Virus record (IMG/VR): IMGVR_UViG_3300043436_004687
Span: 275,636-339,635 of that record
Length of the DNA stretch: 64,000 bases
Direction: 5' to 3' (one strand)
The notes under the pieces are model-generated. The model did no database searches, had not been told where the DNA came from, and saw nothing but the letters and a program-made list of their open reading frames with translations. Below, in pieces: positions 1-11,646 of this stretch (positions are counted from its first letter, which is position 1; every line of letters begins with the position of its first letter). The translations under genes and the position numbers were made by a program.

Positions 1-702
1 ATCGAATTTAGTTTCATCTAATTTAACTTTAAATTTCTTCAATATTTTTTCAAACCAAGTTAATTCTCTTTTAACTTTAACATTTCCAATAACAATTGAG
101 GTTCCATGTTTTTTATAAGAAATTTCAATTAAATCATTTGGATTTAATTTGTGGATTTCCTTTCTTAAATTTGAAGTATCGTTATGTAAATAGAATTGAT
201 TATCAACTAATCTACTAATTTTAACTGATTGTTGCCCCTTATTTTTAGAACTAGATTCTTTAATAGGTACAATATACTTTTCACAAATACTAATATTATC
301 AATATCCGTAAATTGATCCCCCACTTTTAAAGAAGTAACATTAGTTACCAATGAAAATAAACTATCTAAAGGCATTAGCATACCATTAGATATAACACCT
401 CTTAATTTTAAAGCTTTTACACGCTTTTGTCTAAATGAAATAAAACCTTTTTTCTCAACATCTAAATTTTCTTCTGGTTTATCATATAAATTATTATTTT
501 TACAATAATCGGCTGATAATTTAGTTCCAGCAACAAAATATAACATAATAGAACCCACTTCAGTAGTTTTTGGTACTACAACATTATTCCCATCGACCAC
601 AACCCTACAAATTGCATCAGCGTTTTCAATATCAAATTTTTCTTTAATTTCAACTACTGAACAAGCATAGTTAGTTGATGATTCTTTAATAGTTAATTTC
701 AT
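1..702 (-). CDS. RNA ligase, DRB0094/Rnl5 family (5' part; runs off the window start)
   Basis: Not in the ORF track. Manual translation from ATG at 702: MKLTIKESSTNYACSVVEIKEKFDIENADAICRVVVDG...RVKALKLRGVISNGMLMP (OB-like N-domain), then IEISYKKHGTS (ligase motif I, KxHGT). Confidence 0.8.
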   Translation of the reverse strand, partial: MKLTIKESSTNYACSVVEIKEKFDIENADAICRVVVDGNNVVVPKTTEVGSIMLYFVAGTKLSADYCKNNNLYDKPEENLDVEKKGFISFRQKRVKALKLRGVISNGMLMPLDSLFSLVTNVTSLKVGDQFTDIDNISICEKYIVPIKESSSKNKGQQSVKISRLVDNQFYLHNDTSNLRKEIHKLNPNDLIEISYKKHGTSIVIGNVKVKRELTWFEKILKKFKVKLDETKFD

Positions 703-761
703 AATAGTATTTTTTATTAATTAAGATTACAAAGATAGAAATAATAAATTAAATAAACAAA

Positions 762-1172
762 TTATTTTTTCTTTTTATTTAAACTTTTTCTTTGTACGTT
801 TTTCATTGCGTCAGCAACTTCTTTATTTTGTTTAATTAAATCTGCGATTAAACCGTCAAATTTAACAAGGGTGGGTGTATCTAATGTTGATATGGCATTC
901 ATGCTTCTAAGGTCATTTAAATCTATTAAAATACCCGATTTTGGTTCTTCTTCCTTATGAACAATACTAATTGATGGTTCTTCTTTAATAATTTCCTCAT
1001 AACCACTTAATTGGTTATACAATTCTTTAATATTTATTGAAACTTCACCAGATTTCATACCTTTTAATTTAAATTTAATAGATTGGTCTTCTGAAAGTGT
1101 GACAATTATTTCTCTACCATCAATAATTTCAGAACTTTCTCTAATTAAATCTTTATCTAATTTAGTGGCCAT
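762..1172 (-). CDS. hypothetical phage protein
   Basis: 136-aa ORF in a tightly packed minus-strand run. Confidence 0.6.
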   Translation of the reverse strand: MATKLDKDLIRESSEIIDGREIIVTLSEDQSIKFKLKGMKSGEVSINIKELYNQLSGYEEIIKEEPSISIVHKEEEPKSGILIDLNDLRSMNAISTLDTPTLVKFDGLIADLIKQNKEVADAMKNVQRKSLNKKKK

Positions 1173-1177
1173 ATTTA

Positions 1178-1621
1178 TTATTTTGAGTTTTTGCTAATAA
1201 AATCATTATAATTTTTTTTATACATTTTTCTATAAAAGTTTTGTGGACCATAATCACAATATGTTCCACGAGTTCTTTTTAATATTTTAAATTCGCAAGG
1301 AACATTTTCTATGATATAATAATATATTTTATCGTTTTCTTTTGTTTTGGGAATACAATAAATCCTATCTAATGAATTAGCAACGCAAATCTTAATACCC
1401 GTTATTTCATGTAACTCTTCCATAGAAGAATCCATCGGCCCAAGCATATATTCTATTTCAAAATGTTCATCATATCCCTTATTTATTGAAAATTTTAACA
1501 AATTTTTATAAAATTCTAAATATTCCCCATAATCACCCCACATTAATTTAGCATTGTTTTTTGAAATCTTTTTATAAGGGGTTATTTTAATAAATCGATG
1601 TGTTTTGCTAGTTATCATCAT
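1178..1621 (-). CDS. hypothetical phage protein
   Basis: 147-aa ORF, tightly packed with neighbours. Confidence 0.55.
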   Translation of the reverse strand: MMITSKTHRFIKITPYKKISKNNAKLMWGDYGEYLEFYKNLLKFSINKGYDEHFEIEYMLGPMDSSMEELHEITGIKICVANSLDRIYCIPKTKENDKIYYYIIENVPCEFKILKRTRGTYCDYGPQNFYRKMYKKNYNDFISKNSK

Positions 1622-1627
1622 ATTATT

Positions 1628-2578
1628 CTAATTTTTAAATCCAACTCTACTTGGGGTTTCATTATTAGGTTCAATGTCCATTACTTTATCCAAAACCCAT
1701 TGCTTCAATTCATCAATAGTCCAACCTTTCATCTTAGATATTTCACTAGAAAAATCATATTTCATATCTACTTTTTCTAAACTTTGATTTAAAAATCGAG
1801 TTATTAAGTTTTCATCTTCAAGACCCTTAACTTCAATAGAATATTTTACTCTACTAGGTCTTTCTTTAATAGTTTTTGGTATTTTGTTAATATAATTTGT
1901 GGTCATGAAAAACAAAGAATTGTCTATGGAATCAGTACCATCTAATATTCTTTTAAATTCGGTCTCATATGAATTTCTACTTTGGTTAAAAAATTCATCA
2001 TATTCATCTAAAAATATAATTATTGGGTTTTTTTGAATTTTTCTAATGCTTACTATTAAACTCCACCAAACCATAACATTATTTGTTGCAGTAATATTAA
2101 AAACAATTGCATTTTTATTTTTAACTGCTTCATTAAAATATTTTTTAAACATGGATGTTTTACCAGTTCCTTGTTTGCCATATAATATAATCCCTAATTT
2201 ATGGTTGTAACCTAATTTTTTAACTTTGATCCTTATTTCTTTAGTAAAGAATTTTTCGTAAATATTTTTGATTTTATCTTCATAATAAAACCCTAAATCA
2301 TCATTAAATTGTTCTTTATCTAAACAAACACTTAAATCTGGCACATAATCACCATTTAAAACTTTAACACCTAAATTATAAACTTTGGGTTCTAATTTTT
2401 TAGTTGTGTATTTTGTTTCTAATATTGAAAAATCAATACTATCATTTTCAAGGTAATGAAACGATTTTATATTAGTTGTGTTAGATTTACTTTTACTTTT
2501 ACTTCTAACTTTAATTGGTTGGGGTTCTGGCATAACTTCTTCAGTTAAATTTATTTCTTCGTCTTCGTAATCTTCCAT
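1628..2578 (-). CDS. AAA+ ATPase
   Basis: Walker A GKQGTGKTS, Walker B IIFLDEYD, sensor-1 MTTN, Arg finger RPSR. Confidence 0.9.
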   Translation of the reverse strand: MEDYEDEEINLTEEVMPEPQPIKVRSKSKSKSNTTNIKSFHYLENDSIDFSILETKYTTKKLEPKVYNLGVKVLNGDYVPDLSVCLDKEQFNDDLGFYYEDKIKNIYEKFFTKEIRIKVKKLGYNHKLGIILYGKQGTGKTSMFKKYFNEAVKNKNAIVFNITATNNVMVWWSLIVSIRKIQKNPIIIFLDEYDEFFNQSRNSYETEFKRILDGTDSIDNSLFFMTTNYINKIPKTIKERPSRVKYSIEVKGLEDENLITRFLNQSLEKVDMKYDFSSEISKMKGWTIDELKQWVLDKVMDIEPNNETPSRVGFKN

Positions 2579-2592
2579 ATTATTTTTGGGGG

Positions 2593-2925
2593 TTAATTAT
2601 CAAATTTATTTCCAATTATTTCAATGTTTTTAAAAGAGTATAGTGGTCTATCGCCATTTACACTAGCACCAGATAATGGTGACCATTCTACTATATTAAA
2701 ATCATCTAACCAATCATTGCTGTATATTTCAACATCATTTTTATCTTTTAAACCAACAAATATACAAAGAGTATTTGGATTTACCTCATAAATTACATCA
2801 GAACCCTCTAATCTATCATAATATATTATAGCGCCTTTGATAACCCCTAAATGATTTTCTTCAAAATAATGGCCAAAAACCCATTCATTGTTATCTACTC
2901 TTTTTGCTTTAAATTTTAAATTCAT
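2593..2925 (-). CDS. YopX-family protein
   Basis: LKFKAKRVDNNEWVFG...GLKDKNDVEIY...IEIIGNKFD signature. Confidence 0.85.
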   Translation of the reverse strand: MNLKFKAKRVDNNEWVFGHYFEENHLGVIKGAIIYYDRLEGSDVIYEVNPNTLCIFVGLKDKNDVEIYSNDWLDDFNIVEWSPLSGASVNGDRPLYSFKNIEIIGNKFDN

Positions 2926-3693
2926 TATTTAAATTTGTATATGTAAATTGTATCTATTTCTTTTCCGTCCGTAGTTATTCTATAATCTGGCTTTACCAAC
3001 TCTTTACTTTCGATTGTTGTGTCTGAAACCCATTTATAACCACTGTAAACAATAATTCCTATTATCAAAATAATTGATAACATAAATCCTTTAAAAATAA
3101 TATCTAAACCACTTCCTATTCCACTCATATAATTATAATTTAATCATTTTATTTAATATTAATATCTTATTAGTTTCAAATTCTTCACTTGAAATTTCCT
3201 TTATTTCTAATTCATCTTGTTTCCACTCACCTTTAAAATATTCTTCAATTAAGGCACCTAAATAATCTGTAATTTCTTCTTTAAATGAAACTAAATAATC
3301 ATCATATGAATTCCGAACTTTTGTAATTTTTAAATTGACTTGATCATAAACTTCATTTTCAATTATAACTTTATAAAATTCATAAGGTTCTTCATTTTTA
3401 TAACCATAACTAAAGTAATAAATCCCATCATTTACTTCGATTTCTTCTGTTATAGTCTCAATTTTTTTTGTTTTAGTTAACTTCATATTATCCCTATTTG
3501 ATTTAAAAATTAATCTATTTTACCTAAATAATATTCCTCTATGTCTGACATTTGTTTTAAATATCTCTTTTCTAGTTGTTTTATGCGACCAACTAAAGAA
3601 AACAAATCTTTATCATCTTCTCTTGGTATTTTTAAATCATCTAAATACATGTGAGCACATTCTAGTTCTTCTTTATAATAATCTTCCATAATT

Positions 3694-4167
3694 TTAATTT
3701 TTAATTTCGGCAAAAATATTGGTGGTATATTTATATGAGTTAGAAATACCCATAATATTCCATTTAGGGTTTTCTAAATTCTCCTTATGTGATGGGCTTT
3801 GTAACCAAGCATATAATGTGGCTTTTGGTGTTGAAAAATTAAAAGCTACGTTTTCACCCACTGAATCTGCTTCTAAATTAGAAACTATTCTCTCACTTCT
3901 TTCCTCAAAATTATCGTGAGAGGGTTTATTATTTTTTTGCATGTAAGTATTATGTTCTAAACATATTTTAGATATGTAGTTAGACAATTTGACTTCTTGA
4001 ATATTTAAAGATTTGCGATATCTATTAACTTCATCAATAATCCCTAATTCAAAATCAGTGTAAAAAAAATTTACATAAGTATTTTCTTTTACCTTATTAA
4101 TTTTCTTTTTCTTAATTAATAGAAAATAAACCAATAAAATTACTATTATTATAATTGCTAATTCCAT
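3694..4167 (-). CDS. CAP (SCP/PR-1) domain protein with N-terminal membrane anchor
   Basis: VNRYRKS, HNTYM, SH, GENVA, WLQSPSHKENL motifs; hydrophobic N-terminus. Confidence 0.85.
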   Translation of the reverse strand: MELAIIIIVILLVYFLLIKKKKINKVKENTYVNFFYTDFELGIIDEVNRYRKSLNIQEVKLSNYISKICLEHNTYMQKNNKPSHDNFEERSERIVSNLEADSVGENVAFNFSTPKATLYAWLQSPSHKENLENPKWNIMGISNSYKYTTNIFAEIKN

Positions 4168-4521
4168 ATTTTTTAATTTTATTTACCATTATAATGATAA
4201 AATTTGTTAATATTTAATTGTTTTAACCATTATAATGGTTAAACCCTAATTTCTGTTGTAATGTAAGCATCTTTTATTTGATAACCCTCCCAATCAATTA
4301 TTTCATTGATTTTATTAGTTTCTTCTTCTGAAATTTCAGAAACATATTGATATCCATCCCATTTTTTATCCCTATTAAATATTTTATTTAAGAATTCTCT
4401 GTCAATGATAGCATTTTCTTTATTATCATAAAATCTAGAGATAATGGTATTTCCATTATCGGCCCTACCCGTATTATATTTGTAAATTGGTATGTTTAAT
4501 GAATAACTCATATCCTTTAAT

Positions 4522-4773
4522 TTAATTTTTTTCTACCCAAGCGGCAGCTGTTGAAGTTCCTTTCTCTACTATAGTCAAACCTTTATCTATTTGAACATAA
4601 CAACCAGGATTAGCTTCAACCATTTCATCAAATTTCTTATCCGAAACTTTTAAAACTATAATATCACAATCAATAGGGGTAACACCTAAATTTTTAACAC
4701 TATGGGCTATTTGGCTTGCGACCTTCCCTTCTGGCATTTTCAAATTCTTCTTATATATTGCTTTTATTCTCAT
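4522..4773 (-). CDS. peptidyl-tRNA hydrolase 2 (Pth2)-like protein, short
   Basis: KMPEGKVASQIAH, IVLKV and DKGLT..KGTST match PTH2 motifs; 83 aa. Confidence 0.75.
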   Translation of the reverse strand: MRIKAIYKKNLKMPEGKVASQIAHSVKNLGVTPIDCDIIVLKVSDKKFDEMVEANPGCYVQIDKGLTIVEKGTSTAAAWVEKN

Positions 4774-7700
4774 TGTTTTAATGATTTTATGAATTTTTCA
4801 ATTTCATCGTCTGATTTAGTTCCAATTATATTCCCATACATTGTATGATACTTATTAAAATCAATCGCTTTTCTAATATCTTCTTCAGTGTAGAATATTT
4901 TTTTCTCGGTTTTAATTTTGGTGGGTTCTTCGTTGTAATTATAAGTGCAACTACATTGAACTATCCACATTCCACAATCTTCACAAACAGTACTCATTAT
5001 AATAACATTTCATGGTTAGATAAAACTAATATAGTAAATGACCAATTTCCACCCCCTAAGATATCCACCTCACAACTACTTAAACCCTTTTCATTTAATT
5101 GTTTAATGTAAGAATCAATCCCTTTTTCTAAATCACCTTTATGCCATTCTTTACAAGAATCTATCTCCAGCTCATTTAAAAAATCTATTAAGTTTTCTTT
5201 TGCGGTTTCATCGTTAAATTCTAAATTTATTTTGTAATCGTAATTACGTTTAATTTTAAATCTACTTGCATTAATAAATTTTGGAAATCCTAATTTAAAA
5301 TCTCCATCAGTCTCTACTTTAATTTTTACTTTTATCATGATTTTAAATCTTCCTTTATAATTTTAATACAATTTTTTATATCATAACTCATAGCTTGTAT
5401 TTTTAAATCACCCGTTTTCTCATTATAAATTCCAATAGTGTAACCATCGTTTATCCCTTGACAAATACTTATGGGGTGATTTAAATCAGCTGAAATTTTA
5501 TTGAATAATTTTTCAAATTGTTTATAATCATCGTCAGTTATTTTTTCTGTTTTTTTGCTAAAAAATCTTTTTAAATTCATAATTTATTTATTTTTATAGT
5601 TTTCCACTCATATTGCCAAAGACTCCAATATTCTTGATAGGTCCAACCATCATCAAACCATTTATACCTAGTCTTTATTTTACGTTGTTTTAACTTTACC
5701 TTACCATAAATTTCATTTGTAAAGTGAAATTTACCACCAAAGAAAGTTATGTATAATATACTAAAACTAATTACTTCTCTATATTTATCCAATCTAATTT
5801 CTTGGAAATCGCTAACAAATGAATTAAATGGTGCTCTCATAATTAATAAATTTCTTGAATTAAACGATCAATATTTAAAGGACAATTCCCTAAATGTTCT
5901 TTACCCACGAAAACGCCATTAAAATAATATGGGGTTTCTTTTTTTAAATCTTTATCGTATTTATACTTGATTTCTTTTATTGTGAATTTTTGATTGGTTA
6001 CCCATTTTGTTTGATAAGTTTTATTTATTTGAAAAGGTTTGTACCTAATTTCTTTCTTTTCTTTACCTAAATGCTTCTCAACAATATTCATTAATTGTTG
6101 TGGTTGTAACTTAAAATCACCATGTTTATTTTTAGGAATTGCGATACATTGATTCCATATATCTCTTACTAATGCTTTCATAAATTTATTTATAAATAGG
6201 TTTAAAAAATTCTGGATTAGATAAGCAATTTAATATACTATAACCAACTGTTTCGTTTAAACTAATCCCACCATCTCCAGATAATTCAATTATTTTACCT
6301 TTTCTACTAAAAGGTAAATTATTTACTATTTCAAAAGCAATTATTTCTTTCCCAGGATACCAAGGATGTGGATAATAATTATCTAAGGTTTTACCCCACC
6401 ATTTTCTTGTTCCACCATGTTCCATTCTTAAAAATTCATCCTCTAAGTCATCATCATTAAAATATTCTACTAATTCGTAAAATTCAACTTCGGTTATCTG
6501 AACACCTTTTAAGTAATGCTTACACCCATCCTCAACAAATTCAAACAATTGAACCTCATTATTATGGTTTAAAATAAAACCACTAGTACCACCATAAGAA
6601 TTTAATTGTAATGGAGTGTCTGAATTTATTTCATAAAAAGATTTCCCACCAAATTTTATATATCCTAAACCAACATCTTTATAACGCTCACTAAGTTCTT
6701 TTAAATTTAACATATTTATTTATTTAATATATTATTCCTTACTAATTTATATAAGTTATGTTCTTTTCTCAAATGTTTATAAGTCCAATTATTTTCACCT
6801 AATTTCAAGTCATATATTATTCCTTTATGTTCAATTTCAATTGAATTAAACCCCTGATCAAATAAATCAAAACTTATAAAATCTAAATTGGTTGTTGCAA
6901 TCAAATCATAACCCATTTCAATTGCAATAGAAGTTTCATTATAATAATGATAAGGTGTTGGATAATATTTTGATCGTTCTGTTAAAAATACTATTTTTCT
7001 AGGTGAATTCATATTTTTATTTAATTATTTCTTTTAATTCAGTGGATATTCTGCTATATTTATCTAAATACTCTTGATATTCTTCTTTACTGATTTTAAG
7101 CATTCCTCTTAAATCTTTTGTTGAAAAAGAATTTTCACATCTATTAGTATCAAACTCAACATCAAATAAATGCCTATTTGAAAATGAAGTTTTCCTTCCT
7201 TCAAAATAATAAACAAGATTCCATTCAGTTGTTCTTTCATGTCTTATTAATTCCCTTAATTCAAAAACTTCTAATTCTTTTCCGAATAATGAATTTTTAT
7301 CTAAACGCTTTAAATAAGTATTTTCAAACTCATTTTTAATGGTGTTTATTTCTTCTGTTTCTCTTTCTTTTTTAAGAATTTCATCTTGTTCAATTGCTTT
7401 CTTTAATTGTGCAATTGTTAAATTATCGCCATATTTTGATAAGTCTATGCATGTTTTCATTATATTATTTTTTTAAATAACCATTTGTTTTAGCAAATCT
7501 TTCAACTATTACTTCTTCATCCTTTAATCTTTCAACATATGGTGGATTATGTACACCATTCACCATACCATCACTAAACAATCTTATTGGATTTAATGTT
7601 TGCCAATGATTAAAAAAGCTTTCGTATTTTTCTTGTTCAGAAATTCTATCATTTTCTACATCAACAAATAATTTATGTTTATATGGTTTATGTTGAACAT

Positions 7701-8777
7701 AAAATTTATAATAAGTGTTATTATTAACCCAACTTATATCATTTTCAAACCAAACTCTAACTCTATAAGTACCTTCTTTACCTTTATTAATTTCGGTGAA
7801 AGTATCTTTGGTGCCAGTACAATATATTTTATTTTTCATAGCCACTCACTTTTATCAAATTCTTCATTTTCATTTTCCACATCATCAAGAATTTGCTCAT
7901 AACTTTTACTTAATAAGGCATCTAATTCTTCTTTGGTGTTAATGTAAATAAACCCATCTAACCCCTCTAATGAGTCTAGTTTTGTTGGGGAATTATTACA
8001 AACAGATAATGTACTTAATCTTAAACCATTGGGTAATTCATATTCAACTTGAACATCATCCCAGTCTGGTTTACTTATAGTCTGAGGAAATTCATACCCC
8101 TCAATAATTTTTTTACTTAATTTCATATTTTTAATTATTTATCCATATAATATACTGCTACTAATAAAACAATAATAATTATAATTATTATTAAACACCC
8201 CCAACCAGGTTTCTTATCTTTAGAGGTAGATTCTAATCCAGCTTCAGCTAAACCTGCTATTACCTCAGCAATTATTTCGTGTGCCATAATCCATCTTTTT
8301 TAAGTTCATATTCTAACAAAGTTAATAATTTATCAGCACCATACCACGAACTAACATACCCTATTACATCTCTATTGTTAATGATGAATAATATTTCGTT
8401 CAATTCTAAATTTGGAAATTTTTCATATAATATTTCTTTAAATTTACCAAACCTATAAATAAAGTCATTGGTTTCACCAACTTCTGAATAATTTAAACGT
8501 TTACCATTTTTATCGGTAACCATAGCCTCAACTAATTCTTCAATGGTTTTATATTTTTCTAAATTTTCTTTCGATATTCTATCCATTATAAGTCATGTTG
8601 AAATTCATATTCACCCTCAATGGCTTGGACCATTAAATTAAAATCCATTGTACAATCAGGGTGTGGTAGCCACCTACCATCAACAAAGAATTGTACACCA
8701 CTTTCTATTTTTTCGGCCATTAAACCAGTTGTGGTTTCTGTGACAATAAAATCACCATATTTAGTTTCTACTTCCAT
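4770..8777 (-). other. run of about 13 small hypothetical phage CDSs, probably one transcript
   Basis: Abutting or overlapping minus-strand ORFs downstream of the promoter at ~8797-8827. Confidence 0.6.
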
Positions 8778-8844
8778 ATTTCATAATTTTAAAATACAAA
8801 GATAAAACAAAAAAGTGAAATAAACAAATATTTCACTTTTATTT

Positions 8845-9228
8845 TTAAATTATTTTTAATGCTTCTTGTAATCCTAATTCTAAAGCATCTTCAAAACTAT
8901 GATTATTAGTTTCACCTTGTAAGACATTATCAAAATTCCTATCTTTAATTATAACATAATAGTAATTTTTAATTTTACCCATAAAAGATGGGTAAACTAT
9001 TAAATCAATATCATGAACTTCCCTTAACCAATTTTGAAGTGATGACTGTTTTGGTCTAGAATAAAAACTCCTATCTTTTATTTCGCTTCTCCGTCCATTC
9101 CAATTAGTAAAATAGTTTTTATTAAATAGGTCTACTCCCTTTTCATCAAAACCATCTAAAGTGGTTATTTTAAACTCTTTTTCTTTAGCTAATCTAGCTG
9201 TTTCAAATGTAACTAACTGATCTATCAT
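8845..9228 (-). CDS. paralog family 1 protein (QLVTFETARLAKEK subtype)
   Basis: Shares N-terminus, P.QS.LQ.WLRE.H and FEDALELGL with 10847 and 11278. Confidence 0.75.
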   Translation of the reverse strand: MIDQLVTFETARLAKEKEFKITTLDGFDEKGVDLFNKNYFTNWNGRRSEIKDRSFYSRPKQSSLQNWLREVHDIDLIVYPSFMGKIKNYYYVIIKDRNFDNVLQGETNNHSFEDALELGLQEALKII

Positions 9229-9423
9229 AAGCTCTTCTATTTTCTTTTCTACATATTCCTGAACAAAAGTTTATTGAATTGGTGGTAATGTATTGACCTT
9301 TATCATTTGGGATAACATCTTCTCTCTTCTTAATTATTTTGTTACATTGAGTGCATTTATATTCACCATATTTTAAATCAGATAATTCATCTGCTTTAAG
9401 TGTTCCATATCCATCTGTATATC

Positions 9424-9801
9424 TCATTTTACAAATTCTATTAATTTATTAATGCAAGCTAATTCAGCTTCTTTATATGTTTTATAACCATCTTTTATAA
9501 GTGTAGTGGATTCATCTATAAAATCAGCAAAATTGGTAATTTTAAAATAATAATTATCACCTATATGATTTTGTGATAATATATCAACATGACTAGAAAG
9601 TTTGTATTTTTCTCTAAAATATTTAAATACTTGTGAATATGTGGGTGCTAATATTGCATTTTCTGAACAATGAGTAGAAGTAAAATACCCTAAACTTAAT
9701 TTCAAGTCGATATAAGATGCAAAACATGTCACTATTTCTATATTAAATTTTAATTTTTTCATTGTTAATGCAATTTCGTAAGGTACAAATTCTTTATTCA
9801 T
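9424..9801 (-). CDS. paralog family 1 protein (KEFVPYE subtype)
   Basis: MNKEFVPYE...APTYSQVFKYFREKY...YKEAELACINKLIE; start moved to MNKEF. Confidence 0.75.
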   Translation of the reverse strand: MNKEFVPYEIALTMKKLKFNIEIVTCFASYIDLKLSLGYFTSTHCSENAILAPTYSQVFKYFREKYKLSSHVDILSQNHIGDNYYFKITNFADFIDESTTLIKDGYKTYKEAELACINKLIEFVK

Positions 9802-10213
9802 ATTTAACAATTTCAATTAATTTATTTAAACATTCTATTTGTGCTTCTTCATAAGATTGAATACAATTAGAAAAAATACTTTTGTCAAGCTTGGAAGATT
9901 TAATATTCCATTCTGATAATTTATCACAACAATCTATATTACCACTATAATTATACTTGTTTCTAAACCACTTAAATACTTGTTGATATAATGGTGCAAC
10001 ACAAAGTGTGATATCATTATAATCATGTCCATAGTTACAATTATTATCCTTCAATATTATTTTATTATTATCTCCAAAAATGAAAGTCTCTCCTCTCCTG
10101 GGATCATCTACTTCATGTTCTTTTACATAATAATATTTACCAAAACAAGATTCATCAAATCCTAATTCTTTTAAAGCTAGTGCTTGTTCGTAAGGTACAA
10201 ATTCTTTTTCCAT
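9794..10213 (-). CDS. paralog family 1 protein (KEFVPYE subtype)
   Basis: MEKEFVPYEQALALKELGFDE...APLYQQVFKWFR...YEEAQIECLNKLIE. Confidence 0.8.
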   Translation of the reverse strand: MEKEFVPYEQALALKELGFDESCFGKYYYVKEHEVDDPRRGETFIFGDNNKIILKDNNCNYGHDYNDITLCVAPLYQQVFKWFRNKYNYSGNIDCCDKLSEWNIKSSKLDKSIFSNCIQSYEEAQIECLNKLIEIVKYE

Positions 10214-10247
10214 ATATTTAATTATTTTAACACTTCTTTTGGTAAAT

Positions 10248-10847
10248 TTAACAACTATAACTTGTTTTTAAATATGTACCATCTTTTAATGGGTGCAACA
10301 ACCAACCAGAATAATCATCACCCATCATACCAACTCTCTGCCAGACAAAACATTTATTATCAGAACCTAACATATATAGATAACCCTTTTCACCCTTTAT
10401 TCTAGCACATTGGTAGTTTTGATATCCATTTCTTTTTTCGTCAGTTAATTCTATTTCAACTATACCTTCAATATCCCAAGAATCATTATCCTCCATTTCT
10501 TCCCAAAGACGCTTGACATTAATCAAACCCTTAAGTTTCTTTTTCCAAGAATCTCTTTCTTCTTCACGCTTTCTCTCCATTTCGAAAATTTGGTTCCAAG
10601 CATCGGCCATCCATTCTTTTTCTTGAATGACTTTATTTTTCCACATAGATTCTACAGCAGATTTTAATTCATCTATATTAGGTGGAAAAATATTAAAAGA
10701 AATTGGGTTAGCGTCTTCCCAATCACCCATCATATTATATTGTTCTACAACAAGTTTGTTATCAAAATCTATTTTATATCTGCTAACAAAAATGTTAGCG
10801 TAAAAATACCAAAAACCATCTACTAACTCCCAATAACTTTTCTCCAT
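10248..10847 (-). CDS. hypothetical phage protein
   Basis: 199-aa ORF abutting the upstream gene. Confidence 0.6.
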   Translation of the reverse strand: MEKSYWELVDGFWYFYANIFVSRYKIDFDNKLVVEQYNMMGDWEDANPISFNIFPPNIDELKSAVESMWKNKVIQEKEWMADAWNQIFEMERKREEERDSWKKKLKGLINVKRLWEEMEDNDSWDIEGIVEIELTDEKRNGYQNYQCARIKGEKGYLYMLGSDNKCFVWQRVGMMGDDYSGWLLHPLKDGTYLKTSYSC

Positions 10848-11278
10848 TATCCAATTAATTTAAGCCCTTTTTCTAATGCAATTTCTAAAGCGTCTTCCCA
10901 GGTATCAAATTTATATTTTTCTTTCCCAACTGGCTGTTCACCTTTTATCGAGTAAGTATAATATCCAATTTCTAAATAACCAGTATATCTAACTGGGAGC
11001 ACAAAAACATCGATATCATGTTTTTCTCTAAGCCATTTCTGAAGAAGAGTTTGAGTTGGAGCTGAATATGCGTTACTATTTTTACGACTATTGTAGTTAT
11101 GTAACACATATTTGCGAGCTATTATATAACCATGTTCGTTAATATCTTTTTTACCATAATATCCACCACAACATAAAATAGGTTTTTCCTTGCACTCATA
11201 AGAAAAAAATACTTTTTGATTAAAATTTTTTTCTTTTGCAAGTTTGGCTATTTTATAACTTATTAACTTTTCTTCCAT
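10847..11278 (-). CDS. paralog family 1 protein
   Basis: MEEKLISYKIAKLAKEKNF...SAPTQTLLQKWLREKH...WEDALEIAL. Confidence 0.8.
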   Translation of the reverse strand: MEEKLISYKIAKLAKEKNFNQKVFFSYECKEKPILCCGGYYGKKDINEHGYIIARKYVLHNYNSRKNSNAYSAPTQTLLQKWLREKHDIDVFVLPVRYTGYLEIGYYTYSIKGEQPVGKEKYKFDTWEDALEIALEKGLKLIG

Positions 11279-11646
11279 TATTTAATTAATTTTAATCCTT
11301 CTTGTAAACCTATTTCTAAGGCTTCTTCATAAGTTAAATTATCTTTACCTTTAGTAGGAACAAACCACTCCCATAAATCATTATTAATAAAATTAATTTT
11401 ACAATGATTAGATAACGTTAAATCAGCCCAACCAATCATAAAAGTATTTACACATATCTCATGTTCATCTCTTAACCATTGTTGAAGAAAAGATTGGGTT
11501 GGGGCAGATGGTTCATCATAACCATCACTATTGGAATTTATTTGATTTACTAGATTATCATTTTGATAGTAATAATTACATTTTTCACTAAAACCCTTTT
11601 CTTTTGCGAGTTTCGAAGTTTCGAAACTAACTAATTGTTCTTCCAT
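11278..11646 (-). CDS. paralog family 1 protein
   Basis: MEEQLVSFETSKLAKEKGF...SAPTQSFLQQWLRDEH...YEEALEIGL. Confidence 0.8.
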   Translation of the reverse strand: MEEQLVSFETSKLAKEKGFSEKCNYYYQNDNLVNQINSNSDGYDEPSAPTQSFLQQWLRDEHEICVNTFMIGWADLTLSNHCKINFINNDLWEWFVPTKGKDNLTYEEALEIGLQEGLKLIK

